35,665 nucleotides of DNA from Bacteroidia bacterium (GTDB lineage Bacteria > Bacteroidota > Bacteroidia > 2-12-FULL-35-15), in the NCBI GenBank assembly GCA_016787165.1, contig JAEUTT010000083.1, positions 1-35,665 of the forward strand, written 5' to 3'. The notes beneath the pieces are model-generated. The model had not been told where the DNA came from and made no database searches. It saw only the letters and a program-made list of their open reading frames with translations. The position numbers and the translations under genes were made by a program. Below are positions 8,775 to 17,871 of this stretch, one piece after another (position 1 is the stretch's first letter; each line of letters opens with the position of its first letter).

Positions 8775-11700
8775 ATGAAAAAAGGATTACTTTTTGTTTC
8801 TTTTGTTGCCATTATTTGTTCTGTTTCTTTTGCACAAGATAATTGGCAGCTTAATTCATCCAATGGAATTGGAAATCCATATAACAGTACAATAAATGCA
8901 ATGCATTCATTTGGTGGACACATGTATCTTGGAATGGGAACCGACCAAGGTGTAGTTTTAAGAAGCGCAAATGCTGCTCCTGGAACATGGTCAGAGGTTT
9001 TTTCTGAGCCTTACTTTGAAAGTATTGATGCTATTAATTCTACTACAGAAGGTGGTGGATATATTTATTTTTCAGGAAAAGGTTTTGATCAAGAAGTGCC
9101 AACTATCTATAGATCAGCCGATGGTTTAACTTGGGCTCCTTATTATAGATCAATACATCGTTTAACTCACATCATTCCATTTAAAGGCCTTGGCTCTGTT
9201 GATTCAATTTATATAATAGAAGAAGGTTATGATGGAAGTAACATTTGGAAAGCAGCTTATGATAATAATGACCCAGATAATGCATTGTCAACTTGGACAC
9301 ACGTACTATCAATGGATACACTTTCATCATATTTATATGTTGTTTCTGCTCATGTTCACAGTGGAAAATTATACTTAGGAACTAACCAAGGAACATTGTA
9401 CACGACTCAAGATGGGTTGAATTATACAATGAATGCAGGTGTTGGTGTTGGTTTTGGGAATTTTGATAATTATGAAATTAGTGCTATTGGAGCTTTTGGT
9501 GGTTATGTATATGCAGCAACATTTAATTACTACATTGGTTCACAGCTATACAGAACAAACAATGGTGTTACTTGGGATTCGGTTACAACCTTTACATCAC
9601 ACATGAGAACAACAAATATAGATGTTCATAGTGGGGAACTTTGGATTTGTTTAGAAACAGAAAATGGAAATGGAGCGAATGTTTTAAGAAGTACAGATGG
9701 GGTTAGCTTTACCACTTCAACCAATGATGGTTTTGGTGAACCAAATCAAAATGCTGGTCAAAATGGGAAAACAATACAATATGGCTCTAACATTTTTTAT
9801 GGAGGAAGATATTATGCTTTTGGTGGTAAAGGCGGAAGGGGTTCGCTACAAAATGAAGGCGCTCGTTTATACCAATTATGTGTGGGAACGCCACCAGTTG
9901 TAAATCTTGGAATAGATCAAACTGTTTGTCAAAACGTTTCTTTAACATTTGATGCAGGCTCAGGGAATGCATCTTATTGGTGGAGCACAGAAGACACAAC
10001 TCAAACGATAACAACTTCTAATGGTGGTGATATTTATGTGATAGTGGTTGGTACAAATGGCTGTATCGCATCAGATACAGTAAATGTAAATCATTTAACA
10101 ACACCTTCTGTTACAATTGTTTCACCTCAAATGGATACTCTTGTTTGTAGTGGTACAAGTATTAGTTTGTTAGCAGATGCTGCCTCTGGAGTTAGAAATC
10201 CATTGCCTCCTATTCACAAACCAACCTACCAAATGATTTCTGATTACTCTTATTCTTACGATACAATTAGTGTTTCCGGAATTACAGATTCTGCAGGGCT
10301 TGCATTGTATTCGGTAACAATTGATAGTTTGGTGCACACTTATGTGGGTGATATACAAATGTGGTTAATTGCTCCTAATGGTTCATCTATTCAGTTGTAT
10401 AGCCAGCATGGTAGCGGTTCAGATGATATATATGGTATGGAGCTAAACACAACATCTACCAATGATTTAAATACGGGTACAGGTCCGTTTACCGGAACAT
10501 GGATGCCTTATGAACCATTTAGTAATTTAACAGGAACAGCAAATGGCGACTGGAAACTTGAAATGTATGATGCTGCAGGTGGTGATATTGGTGAATTAAG
10601 AGGGTGGAGTATTCGTTTTTCTGAAGCAGACAATACAGTAAACTACTCTTGGGCGCCAGCAGCTTCAATAACATCCGCAACTAATTTAGCAGCTGCTACA
10701 GCACAAGTAACCAGCTCAACAACGTATACTGTAACAGTATCAAATTCATTTGGTTGTACAGCTACTGCTGAAAGAAACATTTTTGTTCCAACCATAAATA
10801 TCACTGTTATGGATGATACTTTGTGTTATGGAGAATCAACACTAATGATAGCAATGGGACAAAATATTACTTGGTCAGAAACAGGATCAGGAACATTAAG
10901 TTCTACGTTCGGACAAACAGTAACAGCAAGCCCTATTGCAACAACTATTTATTATGCTACTGATACTATTATGGGTTGTCCAGTGATTGATTCAGCAACA
11001 GTTTACTATAGCCCACAATTTTTTGCAACAGCGAGCCCGGCTCAAACGATTTGTTATTCTGAAAGCGCAACACTTTCTTCAACTGTTTCGGGTGGAATGA
11101 CTCCATACCAATATTTATGGAGTGATGGTGCAGCATTTTCAGGAACAAATGCTACAGAGCTTGTAGCTCCTTTAACAACAACAAGCTATACACTATACGC
11201 CTTTGATGCATATAACTGTTTGGCTACAGATGTAACAAACATTACGGTAAATCCAAGTACAGATGTATTTGGTCATGTAACTTTTACAGGCGGAAACGTT
11301 ACAAACGGGACAGTGGTATTGTATAATCACTATCCATTTTTTACAAGCTTTGATACTGTTCAAACAGTAGCATTAAATGCAAATGGAGATTTCCATTTTA
11401 CAAGTGTTATATATGGTGATTATATTGTAAAAGTGTTTGCAAACAACACTGCTTTCCCAACATTATTACCAACGTATTATGGCAATGTTTATTTATGGGG
11501 CTCAGCGTCTATATTACCCCATGGCTGTGCTTTAAACGATACGCTAGTAATTACGATGTCGGAACAACAAGCATTAACAGGTCCGGGACAGCTTAGTGGA
11601 ACTGTTATTGAAGGTCCTGGTTTTGGCCGATTAGAGGGAGATCCGATACCAGGCATTGATGTGAAATTAGGGCGTAACCCTGGCGGGCAACTAGTAACAA

Positions 11701-12179
11701 GCACAGAAACGGATAATAATGGAGATTATAACTTTTCTAACTTGCCAAATGGCAGCTATACTGTTTATGTAGATATTCCTGGATTAGGTTTAGATTCAAC
11801 CTATACGGTTGAGATAACAGATACTACGAATAACTACCCTAATTTAGATTATGAAGTAGATACAAATTCTGTTTACCCTGTCAATCAAAATCCTAATAGT
11901 ATTTCAAATCTAGACTTTGCTAAAGCAACTAAATTTAGTGTATATCCAAATCCGTTTAAATCAGGATTAAATATCACGTATGCTTTGTCGCAAGATGCAG
12001 AAATGCGTTTAGAAATATACTCTGTATTAGGTATTAAGGTTCAATCAATTGTAAATAAAAATCAACAAGCAGGGGAATACAGATACACTTTTGATGATCA
12101 AATACAAAGTGGTGTATATTTTATAAGCCTAACCGTTGATGGAAAAACAAGCACACAACGAGTAATTAAAATAGATTAA
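8775..12179 (+). CDS. T9SS-sorted multidomain surface protein: BNR/Asp-box beta-propeller, Ig-like/SprB-type repeats, proprotein-convertase P-domain, tandem CarboxypepD_reg-like domains, T9SS C-terminal domain (CTD)
   Basis: Signal peptide MKKGLLFVSFVAIICSVSFAQ. Asp-box-like RSADGLTW, RTNNGVTW, RSTDGVSF. P-domain HTYVGDIQMWLIAPNGSSIQLY...GDWKLEMYDAAGGDIGELRGWSIRF. SprB-like GGMTPYQYLWSDG. CTD FSVYPNPFKSGLNITY...GVYFISLTVDGKTSTQRVIKID. Confidence 0.9.
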   Translation: MKKGLLFVSFVAIICSVSFAQDNWQLNSSNGIGNPYNSTINAMHSFGGHMYLGMGTDQGVVLRSANAAPGTWSEVFSEPYFESIDAINSTTEGGGYIYFSGKGFDQEVPTIYRSADGLTWAPYYRSIHRLTHIIPFKGLGSVDSIYIIEEGYDGSNIWKAAYDNNDPDNALSTWTHVLSMDTLSSYLYVVSAHVHSGKLYLGTNQGTLYTTQDGLNYTMNAGVGVGFGNFDNYEISAIGAFGGYVYAATFNYYIGSQLYRTNNGVTWDSVTTFTSHMRTTNIDVHSGELWICLETENGNGANVLRSTDGVSFTTSTNDGFGEPNQNAGQNGKTIQYGSNIFYGGRYYAFGGKGGRGSLQNEGARLYQLCVGTPPVVNLGIDQTVCQNVSLTFDAGSGNASYWWSTEDTTQTITTSNGGDIYVIVVGTNGCIASDTVNVNHLTTPSVTIVSPQMDTLVCSGTSISLLADAASGVRNPLPPIHKPTYQMISDYSYSYDTISVSGITDSAGLALYSVTIDSLVHTYVGDIQMWLIAPNGSSIQLYSQHGSGSDDIYGMELNTTSTNDLNTGTGPFTGTWMPYEPFSNLTGTANGDWKLEMYDAAGGDIGELRGWSIRFSEADNTVNYSWAPAASITSATNLAAATAQVTSSTTYTVTVSNSFGCTATAERNIFVPTINITVMDDTLCYGESTLMIAMGQNITWSETGSGTLSSTFGQTVTASPIATTIYYATDTIMGCPVIDSATVYYSPQFFATASPAQTICYSESATLSSTVSGGMTPYQYLWSDGAAFSGTNATELVAPLTTTSYTLYAFDAYNCLATDVTNITVNPSTDVFGHVTFTGGNVTNGTVVLYNHYPFFTSFDTVQTVALNANGDFHFTSVIYGDYIVKVFANNTAFPTLLPTYYGNVYLWGSASILPHGCALNDTLVITMSEQQALTGPGQLSGTVIEGPGFGRLEGDPIPGIDVKLGRNPGGQLVTSTETDNNGDYNFSNLPNGSYTVYVDIPGLGLDSTYTVEITDTTNNYPNLDYEVDTNSVYPVNQNPNSISNLDFAKATKFSVYPNPFKSGLNITYALSQDAEMRLEIYSVLGIKVQSIVNKNQQAGEYRYTFDDQIQSGVYFISLTVDGKTSTQRVIKID

Positions 12180-12184
12180 ATAAA

Positions 12185-14443
12185 ATGAAAAACAAGTCAA
12201 AACTTAATTTTACAACAAAAGCCTTCAAGGCTTTTGTTGTTTTAGGATTCATGGTTTCTGCCCTCAATACGATAGCGCAGCCATTAACAGCAGATGCAGG
12301 TCCTGATCAAGACATTTGTGATGGTACAGGCGGAGTAACCATTGGTGGCTCTCCAACAGCAACATTTGGAACCCCTCCATACACCTATTCGTGGGCTCCT
12401 GCAACAGGGTTGAGCTCTACAACAGTTGCTAATCCTGTAACGACTATTAATTTTAATATGACTTATACATTAACTGTTACTGATGCGGTTGCGGCAACAG
12501 CAACTGATGCTGTTTATATTGGCGTAACGTATCAAGCTATTGCTTATGCTGGAGGAGATATGACTATTTGTGCGGGTTCCCCTGTGCCCACATTGTCGGG
12601 CTCTATGGGTGGTTCTGCATCTTCCTTAACATGGACAACGTCTGGAACAGGAACGTTTTCAAATCCAACATCAATGGTTACAACCTATACTCCTTCTACT
12701 GCTGATGAGTTAGCCGGAAGTGTAGTTTTAACAATGACAACCAATGATCCCCCAGGGCCTTGCCCGGCAGCAACAAGTTCATTAACATTAACAATTAATC
12801 CTGTTCCTGTAGCAACCATAAGCAACGGAAATATGTTTTGCGAAGGAGCTCCAATTGCTTTTTCTTCTGCTACGGTATCTGGTGGAACATACAACTGGTC
12901 TGGGCCAAATGGATTTATTGCAAGTGTTCAAAATCCGACTATTGCTTCAAGTTCTACATTAAATACTGGGCTTTATACCTTAATTGTTTCTATAGGCTCG
13001 TGCTCCGATACAGCAGATATTAATATTACTGTTAATCCCACACCAACAGTAAATGTGTCTGCAACAACCAACCCAAGTTGCAATGGTTTTACAGACGGAA
13101 CGGCTACCGCTACGGTTGTGGGTGGTACAGCACCGTATATGTATTCATGGAGCCCTTCATCAAACACTACTGCAGTAGCTACAACCCTTTCGGCAGGAAC
13201 CTATACGGTTTATGTTACAGATGCAAATGCTTGTACAGGACAGGCAAATACAACATTAATAGATCCTTCAGCAATTACGATGAGTGTTTTTTCGCCTACA
13301 ATCTGTTTGGGTGATTCTGCAACATTAAATCCGATTGTAAATGGTGGAGTTGCACCCTATACTTATGTTTGGGATCAAGGTGGAACATTTTATTATACCC
13401 CTTCTTTAACGCTTGCTCCAACAAGCGGAACAACCTTTACGCTTTCGGTTACTGATGCCAACGGTTGTTATACATACGATTATCCAACCATAACAGTAAA
13501 TTCTTTAACAGATATTATTGGAGCTGTTTCGTATTCTGGTGGTGCACTTTCAAATGGTGGTACTGCAGTTTTATTTAATTATGAATTTACTGCAATGACT
13601 TTTGATACGGTACAAACTACACCACTTGATGCATCGGGAAATTATAATTTTTCATCTGCTCCTAACGGTTTTTATTTAATTAAAATTTTTGGTGATACTT
13701 TGATGTATCCGGGGGTTGTTCCAACTTATCATACAAGTGAATATTTATGGAATATGGCTACAATGGTTTCCCATGGCTGCACATCAACCACAACAGCTAA
13801 CATTACTATGGTAGAAGGTGTTGCCGGAGTGGGTCCCGGTATGATAAGTGGAAGCGTTTTTGAAGGTCCCGATTTTCAACGTATAGAAGGAGACCCAATA
13901 CCGGGTATTGATATTAAATTAGGCCGTAATCCTGGCGGACAATTGATTGCGAGTACTACAACTAACTCAACGGGGGCATTCAGCTTTACAAATCTTCCTA
14001 TTAATAATCCGGGGGAATATTATACAGTATATGTAGATATTCCGGGAATGGATAGAGACTCAACATACAATAAGGCAGTAACAGCAAGTGATTTTGTTTT
14101 TACACAATTAGATCACAAAGTAGATAGTAATTCGGTGTATCCAATTTATCCTGTTACAACTTCTATTAGCAATGTTAATATAGCAAAACAAAACAAATTT
14201 AATGTATATCCAAACCCTTTTAAAGAAAACATAACAGTATCATATACTTTAAATGCTAATGCTGAGGTGAAATTAGATGTTTATAATGTTTTGGGCGAAA
14301 GAGTTCAAAGTATTGTAAATACAAACCAGCAAGCGGGAGAATATACCTATGGTACAATGATAAATTTTAATGCAGGAATTTATTTTGTTAGTCTTAGAGT
14401 TAACGGTGTAGAAACAACATACAAAGTTGTTAAATTAGAATAA
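12185..14443 (+). CDS. T9SS-sorted surface protein with SprB-type Ig-like repeats and the shared CarboxypepD_reg-like + CTD tail
   Basis: Signal peptide ending ALNTIAQ. SprB-repeat signatures CNGFTDGTATATVVGGTAPYMYSWSPS, PPYTYSWAPATG, GVAPYTYVWDQGG. CTD FNVYPNPFKENITVSY...GIYFVSLRVNGVETTYKVVKLE. Only 5 nt after the previous stop. Confidence 0.9.
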   Translation: MKNKSKLNFTTKAFKAFVVLGFMVSALNTIAQPLTADAGPDQDICDGTGGVTIGGSPTATFGTPPYTYSWAPATGLSSTTVANPVTTINFNMTYTLTVTDAVAATATDAVYIGVTYQAIAYAGGDMTICAGSPVPTLSGSMGGSASSLTWTTSGTGTFSNPTSMVTTYTPSTADELAGSVVLTMTTNDPPGPCPAATSSLTLTINPVPVATISNGNMFCEGAPIAFSSATVSGGTYNWSGPNGFIASVQNPTIASSSTLNTGLYTLIVSIGSCSDTADINITVNPTPTVNVSATTNPSCNGFTDGTATATVVGGTAPYMYSWSPSSNTTAVATTLSAGTYTVYVTDANACTGQANTTLIDPSAITMSVFSPTICLGDSATLNPIVNGGVAPYTYVWDQGGTFYYTPSLTLAPTSGTTFTLSVTDANGCYTYDYPTITVNSLTDIIGAVSYSGGALSNGGTAVLFNYEFTAMTFDTVQTTPLDASGNYNFSSAPNGFYLIKIFGDTLMYPGVVPTYHTSEYLWNMATMVSHGCTSTTTANITMVEGVAGVGPGMISGSVFEGPDFQRIEGDPIPGIDIKLGRNPGGQLIASTTTNSTGAFSFTNLPINNPGEYYTVYVDIPGMDRDSTYNKAVTASDFVFTQLDHKVDSNSVYPIYPVTTSISNVNIAKQNKFNVYPNPFKENITVSYTLNANAEVKLDVYNVLGERVQSIVNTNQQAGEYTYGTMINFNAGIYFVSLRVNGVETTYKVVKLE

Positions 14444-16198
14444 ATGAAAAAAAGGGTATTTTTTTGTATTAATAAAAAAACAAAAAAAGGCATTGTTTTT
14501 TTGTTTTTTTTGTTTTTCTTTTTTGATTCAAATGCACAATTGGTAATTGATTCAACTAAATCTGTAACAACGCTAATCCAAAATATGTTTGTTGGTTCTG
14601 GGGTTACGGTATTTAATGTTACACATTCGGGTCCACCAAATTCTATTGCAGCTTTTGGTGGAACAACCAACCTGGGTGTTTCATCAGGAATATTAATGAG
14701 TACAGGAAGTGTATCAGTTGCTTATGGGCCAAACTTTTCTGGATCTTCTACAGTTGGAGCAACAGGAATAGTTTCTTTAGATACTGATTTAACTTCAATC
14801 GCATCGGGGACACTGTATGATGCAAATATTTTAGAGTTTGATTTTATAGCTATTTCTGATACTGTGATATTTAATTATGTTTTTGCTTCAGAAGAATATC
14901 CTGAATATGTACTTAGTGGTTTTAATGATGTTTTTGGTTTTTTTGTTTCCGGAATAAATCCTTCAGGAGGAAATTATATTGCACAAAATTTTGCCTTGGT
15001 TCCCGGAACTTCCAGTCCGGTATCAATAAACACAATAAATGCATCTGTAAATAGTGCTTATTTTTTTGATAATATAACTCCGCCAGGTTCTACAATACAA
15101 TACGATGGATTTACAACTCCACTTATTGCAAAATTTGCTGTACAATGCGGAACCGTTTATCATATAAAAATTGCTATTACTGATGTTTTTGACTCCACAT
15201 GGGATTCGGGATTGTTTTTTGAAGAGTTTAGTTTTGCAAGCATAGGAACCCCTGCGCCTTTGGTTTCCGGAATTGTTTCAAACTCTTTAGGTCCAATTAC
15301 AGACGGCTCTGTTGTTATATTTAGTAATGGTTCTTATGACTCAAAGTTCGATACGGTTAAAGTGGCTCCAATAGATGTTAATGGGTATTATGAATTTATT
15401 TCTATTCCTCCAGGAAATTATATTGTAAAAGCATTTCCCAATAAACTAATATATCCAAATGCTATAACTACATACTATGGCGATGATTTTGTTTGGGATA
15501 CAGCATTGATAATTGGTCAGACTTGTGGAATATCATATGTTTATGACATTACAATTATTGAAGGAGAAGTTTTGGTTGGCCCAGGTGGCTTATCAGGAAA
15601 AATTACGGAAGGGAATAATTTTACAAGATTAGAAGGAGATCCCATTCCTGGTATTGATGTTAAGTTAGGTAGAAATCCGGGAGGACAAATAATTTCAAGT
15701 ACTCAAACGGATGCAAGCGGAAATTATACATTTTTAAATGTTCCCTATAACGATGGAGCGGTAAACGGAATTAGTTACACTGTTTATGTTGATATGCCGG
15801 GTTTAGGAAGGGATTCTAGTTATGTTATTGTTTTAAATTCATCCTCTCCTAATGCAGATAGTTTGAATTATTTGGCAGACTCTACAACTATTTATGTGAA
15901 TTCAAATCCTCAAACAGTAATAAGTAATTATAGTTTAGCAAAACAAAACAAATTTAATGTATATCCAAACCCTTTTAAAGAAAACATAACAGTATCATAT
16001 TCTTTAAATGCTAATGCTGAGGTGAAATTAGAGGTGTACAATGTATTGGGCGAAAAAGTTCAAAGTATTGTAAATACAAATCAACAAGCAGGAGAGTATA
16101 ATTACAATACAATAAATAATTTAAACTCGGGTGTGTATTTTGTGAGTCTTTCGGTAAATGGCAAAATAAGCACACAACGAATCATAAAGATGGATTAA
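14444..16198 (+). CDS. T9SS-sorted choice-of-anchor-L domain protein with the shared tail
   Basis: N-terminal NMFVGSGVTVFNVTHSG...GILMSTGS...YDANILEFDFIAISDTVIFNYVFASEEYPEYVLSGFNDVFGFFVSG matches the choice-of-anchor L pattern. CTD FNVYPNPFKENITVSY...GVYFVSLSVNGKISTQRIIKMD. The ATG directly abuts the previous TAA (TAAATG at 14441-14446). Confidence 0.9.
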   Translation: MKKRVFFCINKKTKKGIVFLFFLFFFFDSNAQLVIDSTKSVTTLIQNMFVGSGVTVFNVTHSGPPNSIAAFGGTTNLGVSSGILMSTGSVSVAYGPNFSGSSTVGATGIVSLDTDLTSIASGTLYDANILEFDFIAISDTVIFNYVFASEEYPEYVLSGFNDVFGFFVSGINPSGGNYIAQNFALVPGTSSPVSINTINASVNSAYFFDNITPPGSTIQYDGFTTPLIAKFAVQCGTVYHIKIAITDVFDSTWDSGLFFEEFSFASIGTPAPLVSGIVSNSLGPITDGSVVIFSNGSYDSKFDTVKVAPIDVNGYYEFISIPPGNYIVKAFPNKLIYPNAITTYYGDDFVWDTALIIGQTCGISYVYDITIIEGEVLVGPGGLSGKITEGNNFTRLEGDPIPGIDVKLGRNPGGQIISSTQTDASGNYTFLNVPYNDGAVNGISYTVYVDMPGLGRDSSYVIVLNSSSPNADSLNYLADSTTIYVNSNPQTVISNYSLAKQNKFNVYPNPFKENITVSYSLNANAEVKLEVYNVLGEKVQSIVNTNQQAGEYNYNTINNLNSGVYFVSLSVNGKISTQRIIKMD

Positions 16199-16218
16199 GC
16201 TTAAAAAAAATTTAAAAG

Positions 16219-16250
16219 AAAGCCATCAACACCTGATGGCTTTTCTTTTT
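16219..16250 (+). terminator. rho-independent terminator of the T9SS cargo operon
   Basis: Stem AAAGCCATCA (16219-16228) / TGATGGCTTT (16234-16243), loop ACACC, followed by a T-rich run TCTTTTTT. Confidence 0.75.
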
Positions 16251-16273
16251 TACTTAAAATCCATTAAAAAATA

Positions 16274-16281
16274 TAATTTTG
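16274..16281 (+). promoter_or_regulatory. candidate -7 box (TAnnTTTG) for asnS
   Basis: TAATTTTG, 22 nt upstream of the asnS ATG (16303). No clear -33 TTTG. Confidence 0.3.
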
Positions 16282-16302
16282 TAAGCGATTAAAAAAATAA
16301 TT

Positions 16303-17745
16303 ATGGAAACATCAAAAAGAACAAAAGTGAAAGAGCTGTTAGACTCAACAGCATTTGGTAGTACAGTAACAGTAAAAGGGTGGGTGCGTACATTTCGTAA
16401 CAATCAATTTATTGCTATTAATGATGGTTCTACAATAAATAATATTCAAGCAGTAGTTGATTTTGAAAACACGGATGAAACATTGCTAAAACGCTTAACA
16501 ACCGGTGCCGCAATTAGCGTTACGGGAGAACTTATTGAGTCGTTAGGGAAAGGACAAAAGGTAGAAATAAAAGTAAAAGAGCTCGAAATATTAGGCGATA
16601 GTGATGCAGAAAAATTTCCTTTGCAACCGAAAAAACATAGTCTTGAATTTTTGAGAGAAATTGCTCATTTGCGTTTTCGTACCAATACATTTAATGCAGT
16701 ATTCAAAGTGCGTCACGCATTAGCATTTGCTATTCACCAATTTTTTAATGAAAGAGGTTTTGTGTATATGCATACTCCTATCATTACTGCTTCGGATGCA
16801 GAGGGTGCAGGAGAAATGTTTCGTGTAACAACATTGGATTTTGATAATCCGCCACGTACCGAAGATGGTAAAGTAGATTTTAAACAAGACTTTTTTGGCA
16901 AGTCTACCAATCTTACTGTTAGTGGACAACTGGAAGGAGAATTAGCAGCAATGGCTTTTGGAGATATTTATACGTTTGGTCCAACATTCCGTGCCGAAAA
17001 TTCAAATACAACGCGCCACCTTGCTGAATTTTGGATGATAGAACCCGAAATGGCATTTTATGATTTGAATGATAACATGCAATTGGCCGAAGATTTATTG
17101 AAATATGTTATTAAACATGCCATGACAACTTGTGCTGATGAAATTGAGTTTTTGAAAAACAGATTATTGGAAGAGGAAAAACAAAAGCCACAAGATGAGC
17201 GCTCGGAACTAGATTTAGTTACTAAGTTAAACTTTTGTTTAGAAAACAATTTTGAGCGTTTAACCTATACTGAAGCAATTGAAATTTTAAAAAATTCAAC
17301 ACCAAACAAAAAGAAAAAATTCAAATATTTAATTGAATCGTGGGGTGCTGATTTACAAAGTGAGCATGAGCGTTATTTGGTTGAAAAACATTTTAAAAAA
17401 CCGGTGATTTTAACAGATTATCCAAAAGATATAAAAGCATTTTATATGCGTCAGAATGATGATGGGAAAACGGTTCGTGCAATGGATATTCTATTCCCTG
17501 GGATTGGTGAAATTGTAGGGGGATCACAACGTGAAGAACGATTGGAATTATTAGAAAAACGAATGCAAGAAATGGAAATATCTGCCGAAGAATTGTATTG
17601 GTATTTAGATACAAGAAGATTTGGAACAGCACCACATGCAGGATTTGGATTGGGTTTTGAACGTTTGGTTTTATTTGTTACTGGAATGACTAACATTCGG
17701 GATGTAATTGCATTTCCAAGAGCACCAAAAACAGCAGAGTTTTAA
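16303..17745 (+). CDS. asnS: asparagine--tRNA ligase
   Basis: Class IIb aaRS with an N-terminal OB anticodon domain ([22 protein letters not shown]). AsnRS-type motifs [42 protein letters not shown]. Confidence 0.93.
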   Translation: METSKRTKVKELLDSTAFGSTVTVKGWVRTFRNNQFIAINDGSTINNIQAVVDFENTDETLLKRLTTGAAISVTGELIESLGKGQKVEIKVKELEILGDSDAEKFPLQPKKHSLEFLREIAHLRFRTNTFNAVFKVRHALAFAIHQFFNERGFVYMHTPIITASDAEGAGEMFRVTTLDFDNPPRTEDGKVDFKQDFFGKSTNLTVSGQLEGELAAMAFGDIYTFGPTFRAENSNTTRHLAEFWMIEPEMAFYDLNDNMQLAEDLLKYVIKHAMTTCADEIEFLKNRLLEEEKQKPQDERSELDLVTKLNFCLENNFERLTYTEAIEILKNSTPNKKKKFKYLIESWGADLQSEHERYLVEKHFKKPVILTDYPKDIKAFYMRQNDDGKTVRAMDILFPGIGEIVGGSQREERLELLEKRMQEMEISAEELYWYLDTRRFGTAPHAGFGLGFERLVLFVTGMTNIRDVIAFPRAPKTAEF

Positions 17746-17767
17746 TAAAGAATAAGTTACAATAAAA

Positions 17768-17796
17768 AAGGCAATCATTAAGATTGCCTTTTTTAT
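17768..17796 (+). terminator. rho-independent terminator of asnS
   Basis: Stem AAGGCAATC (17768-17776) / GATTGCCTT (17782-17790), loop ATTAA, then TTTT. Confidence 0.75.
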
Positions 17797-17802
17797 TGTA
17801 AT

Positions 17803-17847
17803 GTCATTTCGAGCCTGCCTGTCGGCAGACAGGCAGGCTCGAGAAAT
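17803..17847. repeat. GC-rich intergenic palindromic element with a GTCATTTCGAG head
   Basis: Perfect 15-bp stem TCGAGCCTGCCTGTC (17809-17823) / GACAGGCAGGCTCGA (17828-17842), loop GGCA. The flanks GTCATTTCGAG...CTCGAGAAAT match the half-units of the elements at 27799-27962. Confidence 0.7.
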
Positions 17848-17871
17848 TTTTGCAGGTTAATAATTCTGTTT

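Noticed and set aside
8711-8923. 70-aa minus-strand ORF overlapping the start of the first T9SS cargo gene
   Set aside because: It overlaps a well-supported signal-peptide-bearing gene, has no motif, and starts inside that gene. It is probably a shadow ORF.
14380-14670. 96-aa minus-strand ORF across the gene-2/gene-3 junction
   Set aside because: It is antisense to two strongly supported cargo genes. Its K/N-rich product comes from the homopolymer tracts.
8775-16198. Simple tandem duplication of one ancestral adhesin gene
   Set aside because: Only the C-terminal ~310 aa align. The N-terminal regions belong to different domain families, so whole-gene duplication does not explain the array.
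17393-17696. Two ~80-aa minus-strand ORFs inside asnS (others at 16720-16929 and 17058-17249)
   Set aside because: They are antisense to an essential, motif-rich aaRS gene, so they are shadow ORFs.
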